This document shows, in pieces, positions 53,659 through 63,273 of a DNA stretch of 64,000 nt. The DNA is from an uncultured Gammaproteobacteria bacterium (lineage in GTDB: Bacteria; Patescibacteriota; Patescibacteriia; 2-12-FULL-60-25), in NCBI GenBank assembly GCA_964623645.1, contig CAZURG010000002.1, forward strand, positions 8,041-72,040, written 5' to 3'. The notes below the pieces were generated by a model that saw only the letters and a list, made by a program, of their open reading frames with translations, had not been told where the DNA came from and made no database searches. The position numbers and the translations under genes were made by a program. Positions within the stretch are counted from its first letter, which is position 1. Every line of letters begins with the position of its first letter.

Positions 53659-53761
53659 AGAGAAGAGAGGTAAAGAAAAAGATGCGTGCAGCATACCACG
53701 GATCCAGAGCCCTGTCCCTTTGTCGATTTCCCCCATCTCTGGCATGATCCTCCCCATGGCC

Positions 53762-55564
53762 ATGATCCTGCAGCTTCAGGCGGTGGAAAAGGCGTTCGGC
53801 CCCCGACGCCTGTTTGCTGAGGCTACGGTTTCCATCGCGGAAGGGCAGCGGGTGGGGTTCGTAGGGGCGAATGGGGCAGGGAAGACCACGTTATTGCGCA
53901 TGATCTTAGGGCAGGAGAGCGTCGATGGTGGCCAGATCGTCTTTCATCCTACGACGCGCTTGGGCTATCTCGAACAGCACGAGCAGATCCCGGCCGAGGA
54001 GCGGGTGGGGGACTATCTCGTCCGTGTTTCCGGGCGTGAGCCTTGGGAATGTGCCAAGGTCGCCGCTTCGTTTGCCTTGACTCCCGTCGAACTCGAGCGT
54101 CCGTTCGGGTCCTTTTCCGGCGGCTATCAGATGCGCGTCCGTTTGGCGGGCGTTTTGGCGCGTGAACCGAACCTGCTCCTGCTCGACGAACCGACCAACT
54201 ATCTTGACCTCCAGACCGTCCTTCTTTTGGAAGAGGTCTTGCGGCAATACCGTGGGGCCCTTCTCCTCGTCTCCCATGACCGGGAATTCTTGAAAAATGT
54301 GTGTACACATACGCTTGAGCTTGAGCATGGGAAGGTGAGCCTCTTCGCTGGTGATATCGAGGCGTATCTCGAAAACAAGGAGCAGCGTCTTGAAGAGGCC
54401 CGCCGCCACAATAAAAAGATCCAGGCGCAACAGGCCCACCTGCAAAGCTTCGTCGACCGCTTCCGCGCCAGCAAGTCCATCCAGGCACAATCCAAGATGA
54501 AGCAGATCGCCCGCCTGAAGACGATCGAGATCAAGCATTCGCTACGGACGGTCCGTATCCAGCTGCCGCCACCTGCCGTGTTACGCAAGGGGACGGCGCT
54601 TACTTGCCGCGACCTGTCGGTGGGGTATGGCGACCGTCCGATCCTGCGTGAAATAAATATTGAGATCGATCGTGGGGACCATGTGGTCGTCTTGGGTGAG
54701 AACGGTCAAGGAAAATCCACGTTCTTGAAGACGCTGGCGGGCGATCTTCCGGCTATTGAGGGAACGTATAAGTGGGGCCACAACCTCCGTGTCGCGTATT
54801 ATGCGCAACACGTCCCGCAGATGCTTCCTAAGCACGGTTCCGCGGGCGATTATCTCTCCCAAGTCGCTGGCGAAGTCCTTCCCGAGGATTTATTGCGCAT
54901 GGCCGGGAATTTCCTGTTCAGCAAGGACGATCTCGAGAAGCCGATCTCCGTCCTTTCTGGTGGCGAACGGGCGCGGTTGTGCTTGGCGGGGATCTGTTTG
55001 GGCCGGTATGACGTGCTTATTTTGGACGAGCCCACCAACCACCTCGATTTCGATACGGTCGAAGCCCTCGCCGAAGCGCTCCAGGAATTCCCGGGGACGA
55101 TCTTCTTCGTGAGTCACAGTCGGACGTTCGTCGCCGAAGTCGCGACGACGATTCTGGAGGTCAAGAACGGTCTCATCCGACGCTATCCATACCCGTATGA
55201 GGTCTACGTTCATGAGTTGAAGACACATGAGCAGATTGAGCTCAGCGAAGAAGTCGCGGAAGAGGACAAGAACCAAGGCGAAGCCCCGTACGTCCGCTGC
55301 AAGACTGACGTCTATCATGACCAGCAAAAAGAGAAGCGTGCCCTCGAGCGCCTCGAGAAGGAAATGGCCGCCCTCGTGCGCGAACGCGAGACCATCTTCC
55401 GTGCCTACGCCGAGCAGCCGCTCCAGCAGGGCATTGCCCAGGCCAAGCGCCTGAAGGCTATTGAAGAGGCTTCCATGGCTGCCGAAGCCCAGTGGTTTGC
55501 GACCCACGATCGCATCGAAGCGCTTGAAAAAGAGATGAGGACCGCGAAAGAAGAGTATGGATAG
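53762..55564 (+). CDS. ABC-F family ATPase (two ABC cassettes, no TMD)
   Basis: ATG at 53762. GANGAGKTT/LSGGYQMR/LLLDEPTN and GENGQGKST/LSGGERAR/LILDEPTN, with a linker and a coiled C-terminal tail. Confidence 0.9.
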   Translation: MILQLQAVEKAFGPRRLFAEATVSIAEGQRVGFVGANGAGKTTLLRMILGQESVDGGQIVFHPTTRLGYLEQHEQIPAEERVGDYLVRVSGREPWECAKVAASFALTPVELERPFGSFSGGYQMRVRLAGVLAREPNLLLLDEPTNYLDLQTVLLLEEVLRQYRGALLLVSHDREFLKNVCTHTLELEHGKVSLFAGDIEAYLENKEQRLEEARRHNKKIQAQQAHLQSFVDRFRASKSIQAQSKMKQIARLKTIEIKHSLRTVRIQLPPPAVLRKGTALTCRDLSVGYGDRPILREINIEIDRGDHVVVLGENGQGKSTFLKTLAGDLPAIEGTYKWGHNLRVAYYAQHVPQMLPKHGSAGDYLSQVAGEVLPEDLLRMAGNFLFSKDDLEKPISVLSGGERARLCLAGICLGRYDVLILDEPTNHLDFDTVEALAEALQEFPGTIFFVSHSRTFVAEVATTILEVKNGLIRRYPYPYEVYVHELKTHEQIELSEEVAEEDKNQGEAPYVRCKTDVYHDQQKEKRALERLEKEMAALVRERETIFRAYAEQPLQQGIAQAKRLKAIEEASMAAEAQWFATHDRIEALEKEMRTAKEEYG

Positions 55565-55588
55565 GCGATTTGCGGTATCATCCTGGCT

Positions 55589-56818
55589 ATGACCATCGCT
55601 ATCGTCGGAGGCGGGGCCGCCGGACTCATGGCCGCCGCGACCCTCTGTGAGCAAAACCCGGAAGTACGGGTCATTTTGCTTGAAAAAAATGATGCCTTAG
55701 GGAAAAAAGTCATCATTTCCGGGGGCGGCCGCTGCAACGTCACGACCGGCCTGCGCGATCTCCGCGAGGTCCTCAAGCGCTATCCCCGCGGCAACAAGTT
55801 CCTCCTCTCCGCCTTCCACCAGTTCCCGCCCGAAGCCGTCTACGCCTGGTTCGAGGCCCACGGCGTCCCGCTCAAGATCGAGGAGGATTTGCGGGCCTTC
55901 CCGCAATCCGACGACGGCCATGACATCGTGGCCGTGTTCGAGCGGCTGTTCCGTAGGGGGAATGTTGAGGCCCGGCTGAAGGCAAACGTGATCCGACTCG
56001 AGAAGGCGTCCGACGGGTTCCACCTGTTCCTGAAGGACCGGCCGGAACCGCTCGCCGTCGACCGCGTCATCCTCACCACCGGCGGCCAGGCCTATCGCCA
56101 TACCGGCTCCACGGGCGACGGCTATGCCTTCGCGCAAGCCATGGGCCACACGCTCACGCCCCTCGCGCCGAGCCTGAACGCGTTTTTCACGAAGGAGACC
56201 TGGCCCGCCGAGCTCGCCGGGCTGTCGTTCGCGCGCGCGACCGTCACGGCACACCGGGGGAATGTGCACACGTATACCGGTCCGTTCCTGTTTACGCATA
56301 AAGGTATCACGGGTCCTGCGGTGTTTGCGGTCTCGTCGTTGGTGGCGTTCGAGGCGTATGACGTGCAGCAGCCTCTGCGTGTCACGCTCGATCTCTTTCC
56401 GGATGAGACGGCCGACGCGCTCCGTGCCCGCCTCGAGACGCTCCTCCGCGCGAACGGCCGCAAGGCCCTCGCGACGGTCTTGGGCTTCGCCGTCCCGAAA
56501 TCCCTCGCGACCGTCCTCTGTCGAGAGGCGGGCGCTCCCGAACACAAGAACGCGGCCGACGTGAACAAGCAGGAACTCCTCCACATCGTCGCCTGGCTCA
56601 AGGCCGCTCCGCTCGACGTGACGGGCCGCGGGGCAGGGGACGAGTTCGTGACGGCAGGGGGGATTCCGTTGAATGAGGTGAATCCGAGTACGATGGAATC
56701 GAAAATCTGCCCCGGATTGTTTTTTGCGGGGGAGATTTTGGATATCGATGGGTTTACCGGAGGGTTCAACCTGCAGGCGTCGTGGGCGACGGGGAGGTTG
56801 GCGGGGATGGGCGCATGA
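55589..56818 (+). CDS. HI0933/BaiN-family NAD(P)/FAD-dependent oxidoreductase
   Basis: 409 aa. IAIVGGGAAGLMAA, ISGGGRCNVT and the C-terminal FAGEILDIDGFTGGFNLQ. Confidence 0.9.
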   Translation: MTIAIVGGGAAGLMAAATLCEQNPEVRVILLEKNDALGKKVIISGGGRCNVTTGLRDLREVLKRYPRGNKFLLSAFHQFPPEAVYAWFEAHGVPLKIEEDLRAFPQSDDGHDIVAVFERLFRRGNVEARLKANVIRLEKASDGFHLFLKDRPEPLAVDRVILTTGGQAYRHTGSTGDGYAFAQAMGHTLTPLAPSLNAFFTKETWPAELAGLSFARATVTAHRGNVHTYTGPFLFTHKGITGPAVFAVSSLVAFEAYDVQQPLRVTLDLFPDETADALRARLETLLRANGRKALATVLGFAVPKSLATVLCREAGAPEHKNAADVNKQELLHIVAWLKAAPLDVTGRGAGDEFVTAGGIPLNEVNPSTMESKICPGLFFAGEILDIDGFTGGFNLQASWATGRLAGMGA

Positions 56819-58088
56819 TTGATTGCTTCACGTGCATTTTGGTTGTGATGTGGCCATGTATTTGATAAATATGAGTTAAATTTGGTTGTCTTATTCCTGT
56901 GAAGTACGGCTATGATTGCTCGCTTTAGAATTCTTTTGCCCTATACGGTATTTGTGCCAGAGGGTGCAAGGCTTGATCCGATAAAACAGACAGTCGCTTC
57001 TTATCAGGTTACGATCCACCCGCCTTATCAGACGAAGCTGCTGCTACAAGATCTTGATCTTTTCTCCGAAAAATCACCCATCGACCTTCTTGAGGATTTG
57101 GAACCGGTATCGGATCCGACCTTTTTTGATCAGGTTTTAATTGGGGGTCGTAGAGGCGGTCCATCTACTTTAATTCAAATTGATTTTCAGGCGGATAGCT
57201 TTTCCCGGAAAAGGGGTCAAGAGCCACAGAGAATAGATCCTGGGGCAGAGTTTATATTTGCGATATTGAACTCATTTCTAAGCAAGATCCGAAGCCTGAC
57301 CAGGTCGCCCTACGTCAAAAATGTTACTCCGAATGAAAGCCATTTTAGAATTACGTATCTTGATGACGAAGGCACTCTCCTGCCGGAAGATAAAGAATTA
57401 TTTCGAGATTTTCGGTGTGGTAACATAGAGTTTAATGCGAATCATGTATCCGAGGCGATATGGAATCAAATTCAATCTTTGCCCGATTCGTACGCTCCGC
57501 TTCCGTATGAGAAGCTGTTATTGGATGCGCAGAGCATGATGTCTGAAATCGGTGCCTGTATTTTCTTAATGCACGCCGCTTTGGAATTGCTGGTCGAACA
57601 TGCGTTGGATATTTTAAAAGAGGCAATGCCGGCCTCTTCGCGTGAAATATGGTCTGTGCTTACTGACAAGCAGCGGTATCGGGTTGCTGAGCAGTATAAG
57701 GATCTTCTGCCGCTTGTATCTGGTGGACGCTCATTAGTGAAGGAATTGCCTGATCACTGGAACGCGTTTATGAAGCTTTGTAAGGCTAGGAATGGTTTTG
57801 CACACGAGGGAAAGCTGGTTGTGGAAGGGAATGAGCTATATTTAGACGATGTTAAAGAAATTTTCAGAAAGGTTAAAGAGATTGTCGATTTTGTCGAGGA
57901 GCTGTTGCCAATTGAAAAACGTCGGCAGCCTTTTTCCGGTGCGAAGATAGATATTGGAAAAAAACTAGCTGATCCAAATCCTGGCACAAATAGAAATGTA
58001 ACTGTTCGTGTGGATACGATATAACTTGAGACGACGTACTGCGCTCTACCCCTCCCCACGCCGACGTTTTCCTGGAATGGAATCTTTT
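56819..58088. mobile_element. AT-rich single-gene islet between GC-rich housekeeping genes
   Basis: There is a sharp visual drop in G+C between the oxidoreductase stop (56818) and the greA stop (58089). I found no flanking direct repeats or recombinase. Confidence 0.45.
56912..58024 (+). CDS. HEPN-like protein with an RNxxxH motif (ApeA/Abi-like architecture)
   Basis: 370 aa. The C-terminal helical domain has FLMHAALELLVEHAL ... LCKARNGFAHEGK (R-x4-H at 57788-57805). The N-terminal ~190 aa are unrecognised. Confidence 0.5.
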   Translation: MIARFRILLPYTVFVPEGARLDPIKQTVASYQVTIHPPYQTKLLLQDLDLFSEKSPIDLLEDLEPVSDPTFFDQVLIGGRRGGPSTLIQIDFQADSFSRKRGQEPQRIDPGAEFIFAILNSFLSKIRSLTRSPYVKNVTPNESHFRITYLDDEGTLLPEDKELFRDFRCGNIEFNANHVSEAIWNQIQSLPDSYAPLPYEKLLLDAQSMMSEIGACIFLMHAALELLVEHALDILKEAMPASSREIWSVLTDKQRYRVAEQYKDLLPLVSGGRSLVKELPDHWNAFMKLCKARNGFAHEGKLVVEGNELYLDDVKEIFRKVKEIVDFVEELLPIEKRRQPFSGAKIDIGKKLADPNPGTNRNVTVRVDTI

Positions 58089-58595
58089 TTACTCCACCCT
58101 CACTACCCGATACTCCGTCCCCCCGCTCTCATTCTCCACCCGCACCGTTTCCCCGACTTTCCGGTTCAGCAACGCCGCCCCCACCGGCGACAAATGCGAG
58201 ATCCTCCCTTGCGACGGGTTCGCCTCGTGCGGCCCGACGAGCTGGTACGTCCGCTCCTTCCCATTCACCTCAACCGTCACCGTCGACCCCATCGCCACGC
58301 GCCCATCGTCGCTCGCCTGGGTGATGATCGCGCGCTTCAGGCGGTCCTTGATGATCATGACGCGGCCCTGCAGCCGGGCGAGTTTCGGTTTCGCCTCTTG
58401 ATACTCCGCATTCTCCGAAAAATCCCCCAAGGTCAGGGCAAAACGCATCGATTCAAGGGCGGCGGGAAGATCGACTTTCTCGATCCGTTCCAGCTCACGT
58501 TTCAGTTTTTCCGCACCTTCTGGCGTCAAATAGACGACGTCGTCGCTCGTGTCCTGGTCGCGGAGCTGTTGGGAGGTTCGTTGGGGGAGGCGCAT
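58089..58595 (-). CDS. greA: Transcription elongation factor GreA
   Basis: 168 aa. LTPEGAEKLKRELERI, GDFSENAEYQEAK, and the C-terminal ISHLSPVGAALLNRKVGETV. Confidence 0.9.
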   Translation of the reverse strand: MRLPQRTSQQLRDQDTSDDVVYLTPEGAEKLKRELERIEKVDLPAALESMRFALTLGDFSENAEYQEAKPKLARLQGRVMIIKDRLKRAIITQASDDGRVAMGSTVTVEVNGKERTYQLVGPHEANPSQGRISHLSPVGAALLNRKVGETVRVENESGGTEYRVVRVE

Positions 58596-58601
58596 ACGAG
58601 C

Positions 58602-59000
58602 TTATTCTTCGGCTTGCTTTTGCTTTCCCTTGGCGATCCCATAGCCGCCCGCTGATCCGGCCGCGAAGGCGATGGCGCCCGTAATGACTTCACCTAGGTA
58701 TTCCGGCGCGTAAAATAAACAAGCGAAAAAGAGGGTCAGGAAGACGACGGTGATCACGAAAAAGGCGAGTAGTTGGACCTTCTGCTTCGGTGAGACGTGA
58801 CGACGTTCCTCATGCGCGTAGTCCATCTCCTTCTCTTGCAGGGCGAGGATTCGGTCGACTTGCGCTTGCGTGGGCATGTACGCCTGCGTCTGGCTGCCGA
58901 AGATCTGCAACAAATGTGCGGTGACGGTCTCATCGATGAGCGGCAGGTCTTTCTTGCTGACGGCGAGCGCCTCTTCGGGCTTACGGACTTCAGTTGGCAT
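58602..59000 (-). CDS. Membrane protein, hypothetical
   Basis: ATG at 59000 (MPTEVRKPEE). Two C-terminal helices: LLAFFVITVVFLTLFFACLF and ITGAIAFAAGSAGGYGIA. Confidence 0.5.
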   Translation of the reverse strand: MPTEVRKPEEALAVSKKDLPLIDETVTAHLLQIFGSQTQAYMPTQAQVDRILALQEKEMDYAHEERRHVSPKQKVQLLAFFVITVVFLTLFFACLFYAPEYLGEVITGAIAFAAGSAGGYGIAKGKQKQAEE

Positions 59001-59229
59001 GGTTGAGCTGGCGGTCGCGCCGGTAGGAGAATGAGAGCAGGTTCTTGCCGTTCGATGCTGGGTGAAATTCAAGGCGCTGCAATTGCTTGCCGAGGAAGAG
59101 GTTGAATTCCTTGCGCAGGAACACGCCGAGCAGGAAATCGAACTGGGCGCGGTCGATCTTCTCCGCGCGGAGGTCGGCCTGCAACGCCTGCACGAAGGCA
59201 AACAGCTGGATATTGGAACGCGTATTCAT
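58990..59229 (-). CDS. Small hypothetical protein
   Basis: 79 aa. It overlaps the downstream gene by 11 nt. I recognise no motif. Confidence 0.35.
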   Translation of the reverse strand: MNTRSNIQLFAFVQALQADLRAEKIDRAQFDFLLGVFLRKEFNLFLGKQLQRLEFHPASNGKNLLSFSYRRDRQLNHAN

Positions 59230-59386
59230 AAGTCTGCCTTTACCGTACCAAGGGACGCCAAAAAAGGGAAGGCGCGGTGTCCCGTCGAAAAATCCCCTTA
59301 AACGCGTGATAAACGTGCAAAAATCCGGCTAGCCTTTTCCGGGTAGGCTTGCTATCGTCATCCTATTACTCTCGTTTTCTTTCCCT

Positions 59387-59854
59387 ATGCTGAACGTTGG
59401 CGACAAGGCCCCCGCTTTCCGCTTGCTCGACCAGGACGGTCAGGAACATACGCTCGCCGAAGTGAAGGGGCAGTGGGCATTGGTCTATTTCTACCCAAAA
59501 GACGACACCCCGGGCTGCACGAAAGAAGCCTGTGGGATCCGCGATTCCTTCCCGAAATTCAAGAAGCTCGGCCTGACCGTCTTCGGTGTGAGCGTCGATT
59601 CCGTCAAGAAACACGCGAAGTTTGTTGAGAAATATCAGCTCCCATTCATCCTGCTCGCCGATGAACAAAAGGAGATGGTCGAGGCGTACGGCGTCTGGGG
59701 CAAGAAGAAATTCATGGGCCGCGAATACATGGGGACGAACCGCGTGAGTTTTTTGATCGATCCCAAGGGCAAGATCGCCAAGGTCTACCCGCAGGTGAAG
59801 CCCGAAGCGCACGCCGAAGAGGTCCTCGCCGACGTGAAGGCGCTCCAGGCCTAA
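59387..59854 (+). CDS. bcp: Thiol peroxidase Bcp (peroxiredoxin Q/BCP family)
   Basis: 155 aa. ALVYFYPKDDTPGCTKEAC is the peroxidatic-Cys motif. Confidence 0.9.
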   Translation: MLNVGDKAPAFRLLDQDGQEHTLAEVKGQWALVYFYPKDDTPGCTKEACGIRDSFPKFKKLGLTVFGVSVDSVKKHAKFVEKYQLPFILLADEQKEMVEAYGVWGKKKFMGREYMGTNRVSFLIDPKGKIAKVYPQVKPEAHAEEVLADVKALQA

Positions 59855-59856
59855 GC

Positions 59857-60600
59857 ATGGCGACGCCTCTTTCCGCGTCCGCCTGGACTAAGCGCCTGTT
59901 GGCGGAAGCTAATCCCGCTCGGGCGCGTCACGCCCAGCGCTTTTTCCGTACCGGCCCGGGGGAATATGGCGAAGGGGACCGGTTTTTGGGGATCACGGTC
60001 CCCGGATTGCGGTTCCTTGCCAGGGAGGCGAAGGCGCTGCCTCGTGAAGCCCTGGAAGGATTGCTCGCTTCGCCATGGCATGAGATTCGCCTCTTCGCGC
60101 TGATCGTCCTCACGAACCAGGCCCGACGCTTGAAAGAGCCTACGGCGCAAGCCGAACTCGCCGACTGGCTCTTTGCTCACCGCACCGCGATCAATAACTG
60201 GGATTTGGTCGATACCAGCATTCCTGTCATCTTCGGCGGCTGGAAACCCTCATCCGCCTGGAAACGAAAGATGGACAGACTGCTTCGTTCGAAGACGCTT
60301 TGGGACCGCCGCATGGCCATGCTCGCAACCTTTGGTTGGATGCGGCTGGGGGATTTGGATCCGTGCTTCGAATACGCCGAACGATTGCTTACGGATCGTG
60401 AAGACCTTATGCATAAAGCCGCTGGCTGGATGTTGCGTGAGGCGGGGAAGCGGGAGGTGGGGCGATTGCGGACGTTTCTGGATGCGCATGCGGCGGTGAT
60501 GCCGCGGACGATGCTGCGGTACGCGTTAGAGAAGCTTCCTTTTGCGGAACGGAAGAGGTATCTCCTTGCGAAGAAACCAGGCGGGGCGGTTCGTCAGTAG
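59857..60600 (+). CDS. DNA alkylation repair protein (AlkD-like HEAT repeats)
   Basis: 247 aa. RFFRTGPGEYGEGDRFLGITVP, NNWDLVD, WDRRMAML and AAGWMLREAGKR. Confidence 0.8.
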   Translation: MATPLSASAWTKRLLAEANPARARHAQRFFRTGPGEYGEGDRFLGITVPGLRFLAREAKALPREALEGLLASPWHEIRLFALIVLTNQARRLKEPTAQAELADWLFAHRTAINNWDLVDTSIPVIFGGWKPSSAWKRKMDRLLRSKTLWDRRMAMLATFGWMRLGDLDPCFEYAERLLTDREDLMHKAAGWMLREAGKREVGRLRTFLDAHAAVMPRTMLRYALEKLPFAERKRYLLAKKPGGAVRQ

Positions 60601-60626
60601 GTTAATTTTACTAAAATAGATCCATT

Positions 60627-61103
60627 ATGCCGCAACCAACCCAACACGCGATGTTCGCCGCCGGCTGCTTCTGGGGCGTCGAACAGGCCTTCCGTGATAT
60701 CCCAGGCGTCGTTGATGCCGAAGTCGGCTATACAGGCGGGACCGTGCCGAATCCCTCGTATGAAGCCGTCTGTACGGACACGACCGGCCATGCGGAGGCC
60801 GTCCGCGTAACCTTCGACCCAGAGCGCGTTTCCTTCCGTGAGTTGGTGGACCGTTTTTGGAAGCTGCATAACCCCACGACCTACAACCGCCAAGGCCCGG
60901 ACGTCGGCAGCCAATACCGTTCCGCCGTTTTTACCCTGGATGAGGCCCAACGCCAGGCCGCCGAAGCCTCGAAAGCCGCGGCACAGGCTAATTACCTGAG
61001 TCCGATCGTTACGGAGATCGTCCCCGCGGGTCCGTTCTATCGCGCGGAGGAGTATCACCAGCGCTACGTGGAGAAGCATGGGGGTGCGGCCTGCCATTTC
61101 TAG
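60627..61103 (+). CDS. msrA: Peptide-methionine (S)-S-oxide reductase MsrA
   Basis: 158 aa. FAAGCFWGVEQAF, GYTGG, TGHAEAV and QGPDVGSQYRS. Confidence 0.92.
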   Translation: MPQPTQHAMFAAGCFWGVEQAFRDIPGVVDAEVGYTGGTVPNPSYEAVCTDTTGHAEAVRVTFDPERVSFRELVDRFWKLHNPTTYNRQGPDVGSQYRSAVFTLDEAQRQAAEASKAAAQANYLSPIVTEIVPAGPFYRAEEYHQRYVEKHGGAACHF

Positions 61104-61151
61104 CGTTTATCGACGGTGTTCAGGGCGGGAAGAATCTGTTAGCCTGGAAGC

Positions 61152-62402
61152 ATGAAACGTCGCTTCGCTGTCTTCGCCGGAATCATCGTCCTTGCCTTCT
61201 TCGCCTGGCGCTTCTTTTCGCTGCAGGGGTGGAAACAGAGGCTCGCAGACCTGGTCCCGTCGGTCATTCCGACGTCGACGTCCTCGTCGACGGGGCCCGT
61301 GTTTGCGGGAGACCGTTCGCGGCCGTATGTTGTGACGTTTGCGGGGGGAGAAGGAAAGTCGCTCCTCGCCTGGCAGCTGACCATAGACGACCGTGTCCAT
61401 GGGTATGCCTACGCCGCAGCCGACGTCTATGAGGCTTACGGGGAGGTTGCGACCTCTACCGACCAGCTCCTGCTGACGGCCTATCGTCCCGATGGCGAAA
61501 TCGTTGCGACGGCGACCGCGACATGGTTGGGGAATGCGGCCACGGGCACCATGGCCATGGGTTCGCGCACCTATCCGCTGCGGCTGACGGATGCGGCGAC
61601 CACGACGGCTCGTCTGACCTTCGAACGGGCGGAGGGTCGTTGGGAGGATGCCGCCCGGCAAATGTCCTGCGACTTTTCGTTGATGTATCCCGTTGTCCAG
61701 CCAGCTGGTCCCGTTTCGCGTGGCGCAGCAGAACGCATGAACGCCGAAATCCGTCGTGCCTTTCTGACGCCCGTAACCTTTGCGTGGGAGGAGTATCGCC
61801 GCGGTGGTCCGCAGACGGCCGAACAGGTGAAGGAAGACTATCTCCGCGCCTGCCGCAACCAGCTTGAGGAGGAGGTCCGCGACCTCGGCGTCCCAGAGGA
61901 GGGGGGAGGGTTCCTGCGTCGCAGCGAATACACGTCGGTTGCCGTCACCTTCAACCGCGACGGGTACCTTTCCTTTACGGCCGACCGGTCCACCTACACC
62001 GGCGGCGCCCACGGGAGCGTCCTCCGTGCGGCGCATGTCTTTGATCTGCAGACGGGAGAGCCGCTAGAGATCGACCAGGTCATCCGTCCCGAGGTGGCAC
62101 CCGTGTTTGGGCAACGGGTCGGCAACGACCTTCTCCGTGAATATCGCGACGGCCTCTTTGAGGAGAGCGCGACAAGGATCCAGGCGTTCGTGAACAGCGG
62201 GACGACCCGTGCCCGCACGCTTTGGGAAACGAACCAGTCCGGCCTCTCGACTTCGACGACGTTCTACCTGGTCCCCACGGGGATGCGGGTCGTGTTTCAA
62301 CAGTATGAGGTGACCCCGTATGCCGTTGGAATCCCCGAAATTACCCTCCCATTCGCCCGTTGGCGTGACCTTGTCATGACCGGTCGGGCCTGGCCGTTCT
62401 AA
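61152..62402 (+). CDS. DUF3298/DUF4163-type (RsiV/PdaC-like) anchored protein
   Basis: 416 aa. N-terminal anchor. The YTGGAHGS motif and the C-terminal FQQYEVTPYAVG are typical of DUF3298. Confidence 0.7.
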   Translation: MKRRFAVFAGIIVLAFFAWRFFSLQGWKQRLADLVPSVIPTSTSSSTGPVFAGDRSRPYVVTFAGGEGKSLLAWQLTIDDRVHGYAYAAADVYEAYGEVATSTDQLLLTAYRPDGEIVATATATWLGNAATGTMAMGSRTYPLRLTDAATTTARLTFERAEGRWEDAARQMSCDFSLMYPVVQPAGPVSRGAAERMNAEIRRAFLTPVTFAWEEYRRGGPQTAEQVKEDYLRACRNQLEEEVRDLGVPEEGGGFLRRSEYTSVAVTFNRDGYLSFTADRSTYTGGAHGSVLRAAHVFDLQTGEPLEIDQVIRPEVAPVFGQRVGNDLLREYRDGLFEESATRIQAFVNSGTTRARTLWETNQSGLSTSTTFYLVPTGMRVVFQQYEVTPYAVGIPEITLPFARWRDLVMTGRAWPF

Positions 62403-62420
62403 GTCTAAATAGCCGTTTTT

Positions 62421-63197
62421 ATGCTGCTCTGGCACGCCATCCTGCTGGGGGTGATTGAAGGGCTCACCGAGTTCCTACCGGTCTCATCGACGGGCCACCT
62501 GCTCCTTGCGACGGAGGGGTTAGGGCTGACCGACGCCTTTTCGCAAACGTTCGCGATCGCGATCCAGGCGGGGGCCATGGCGGCCGTATTCGCGTTTACC
62601 TGGCGCGAATGGTTGAAGCGAGGGGTTTGGACCCGCGTGCTTGCCGGTTTTCTTCCGACCGCGGTCATTGGGCTTCTGCTGTATCGGTTGGTCAAGCAAT
62701 ATTTGCTGCGCCCATCGATCGTGGTGGGAGCTCTCCTTGTTGGGGGCATCCTCATCATCGTGCTCGAGCGGTGGTTGCGACATGCGCGCCCTATCCCAGA
62801 AAAGATCCTACCCGTCGAGGGCATGACGCATCGCCAGGCATCGCTCATCGGAATGGCGCAAACGCTTGCGATCGTACCGGGTGTTTCACGATCCGCGGCC
62901 AGCATCCTCGGAGGCTTGTCGCTTGGGCTGCCGCGCGCGACCGTGGTGTCGTATGCGTTCCTGCTTGCCGTCCCAACGATTGGCATGGCGGCTGCGTATG
63001 ACTTATGGAAACAGCGCGCGTTGCTTACGGCGGATCGCCTCGACCTGATTTTCGTCGGGTTCGCCGTATCGGCGCTTGTCTCATATATGGTTATCCGTTG
63101 GATGCTACGGTATGTGCGTACGCATGACTTTACCTGGTTCGGTGTCTACCGGATTGCGTTTTCGTTGCTCGTGGCCTGGTGGGTTTTGGGAAGGTGA
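62421..63197 (+). CDS. uppP: Undecaprenyl-diphosphate phosphatase
   Basis: 258 aa. LLGVIEGLTEFLPVSSTGHL and PGVSRSAASI are BacA/UppP signatures. Confidence 0.92.
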   Translation: MLLWHAILLGVIEGLTEFLPVSSTGHLLLATEGLGLTDAFSQTFAIAIQAGAMAAVFAFTWREWLKRGVWTRVLAGFLPTAVIGLLLYRLVKQYLLRPSIVVGALLVGGILIIVLERWLRHARPIPEKILPVEGMTHRQASLIGMAQTLAIVPGVSRSAASILGGLSLGLPRATVVSYAFLLAVPTIGMAAAYDLWKQRALLTADRLDLIFVGFAVSALVSYMVIRWMLRYVRTHDFTWFGVYRIAFSLLVAWWVLGR

Positions 63198-63273
63198 GGA
63201 GCCGCATCAAGCCGCACGAATATAAAAATACGGCCTACCTGATCTGAGATCGGTGAGGCCGTGAGGGGGGGGG

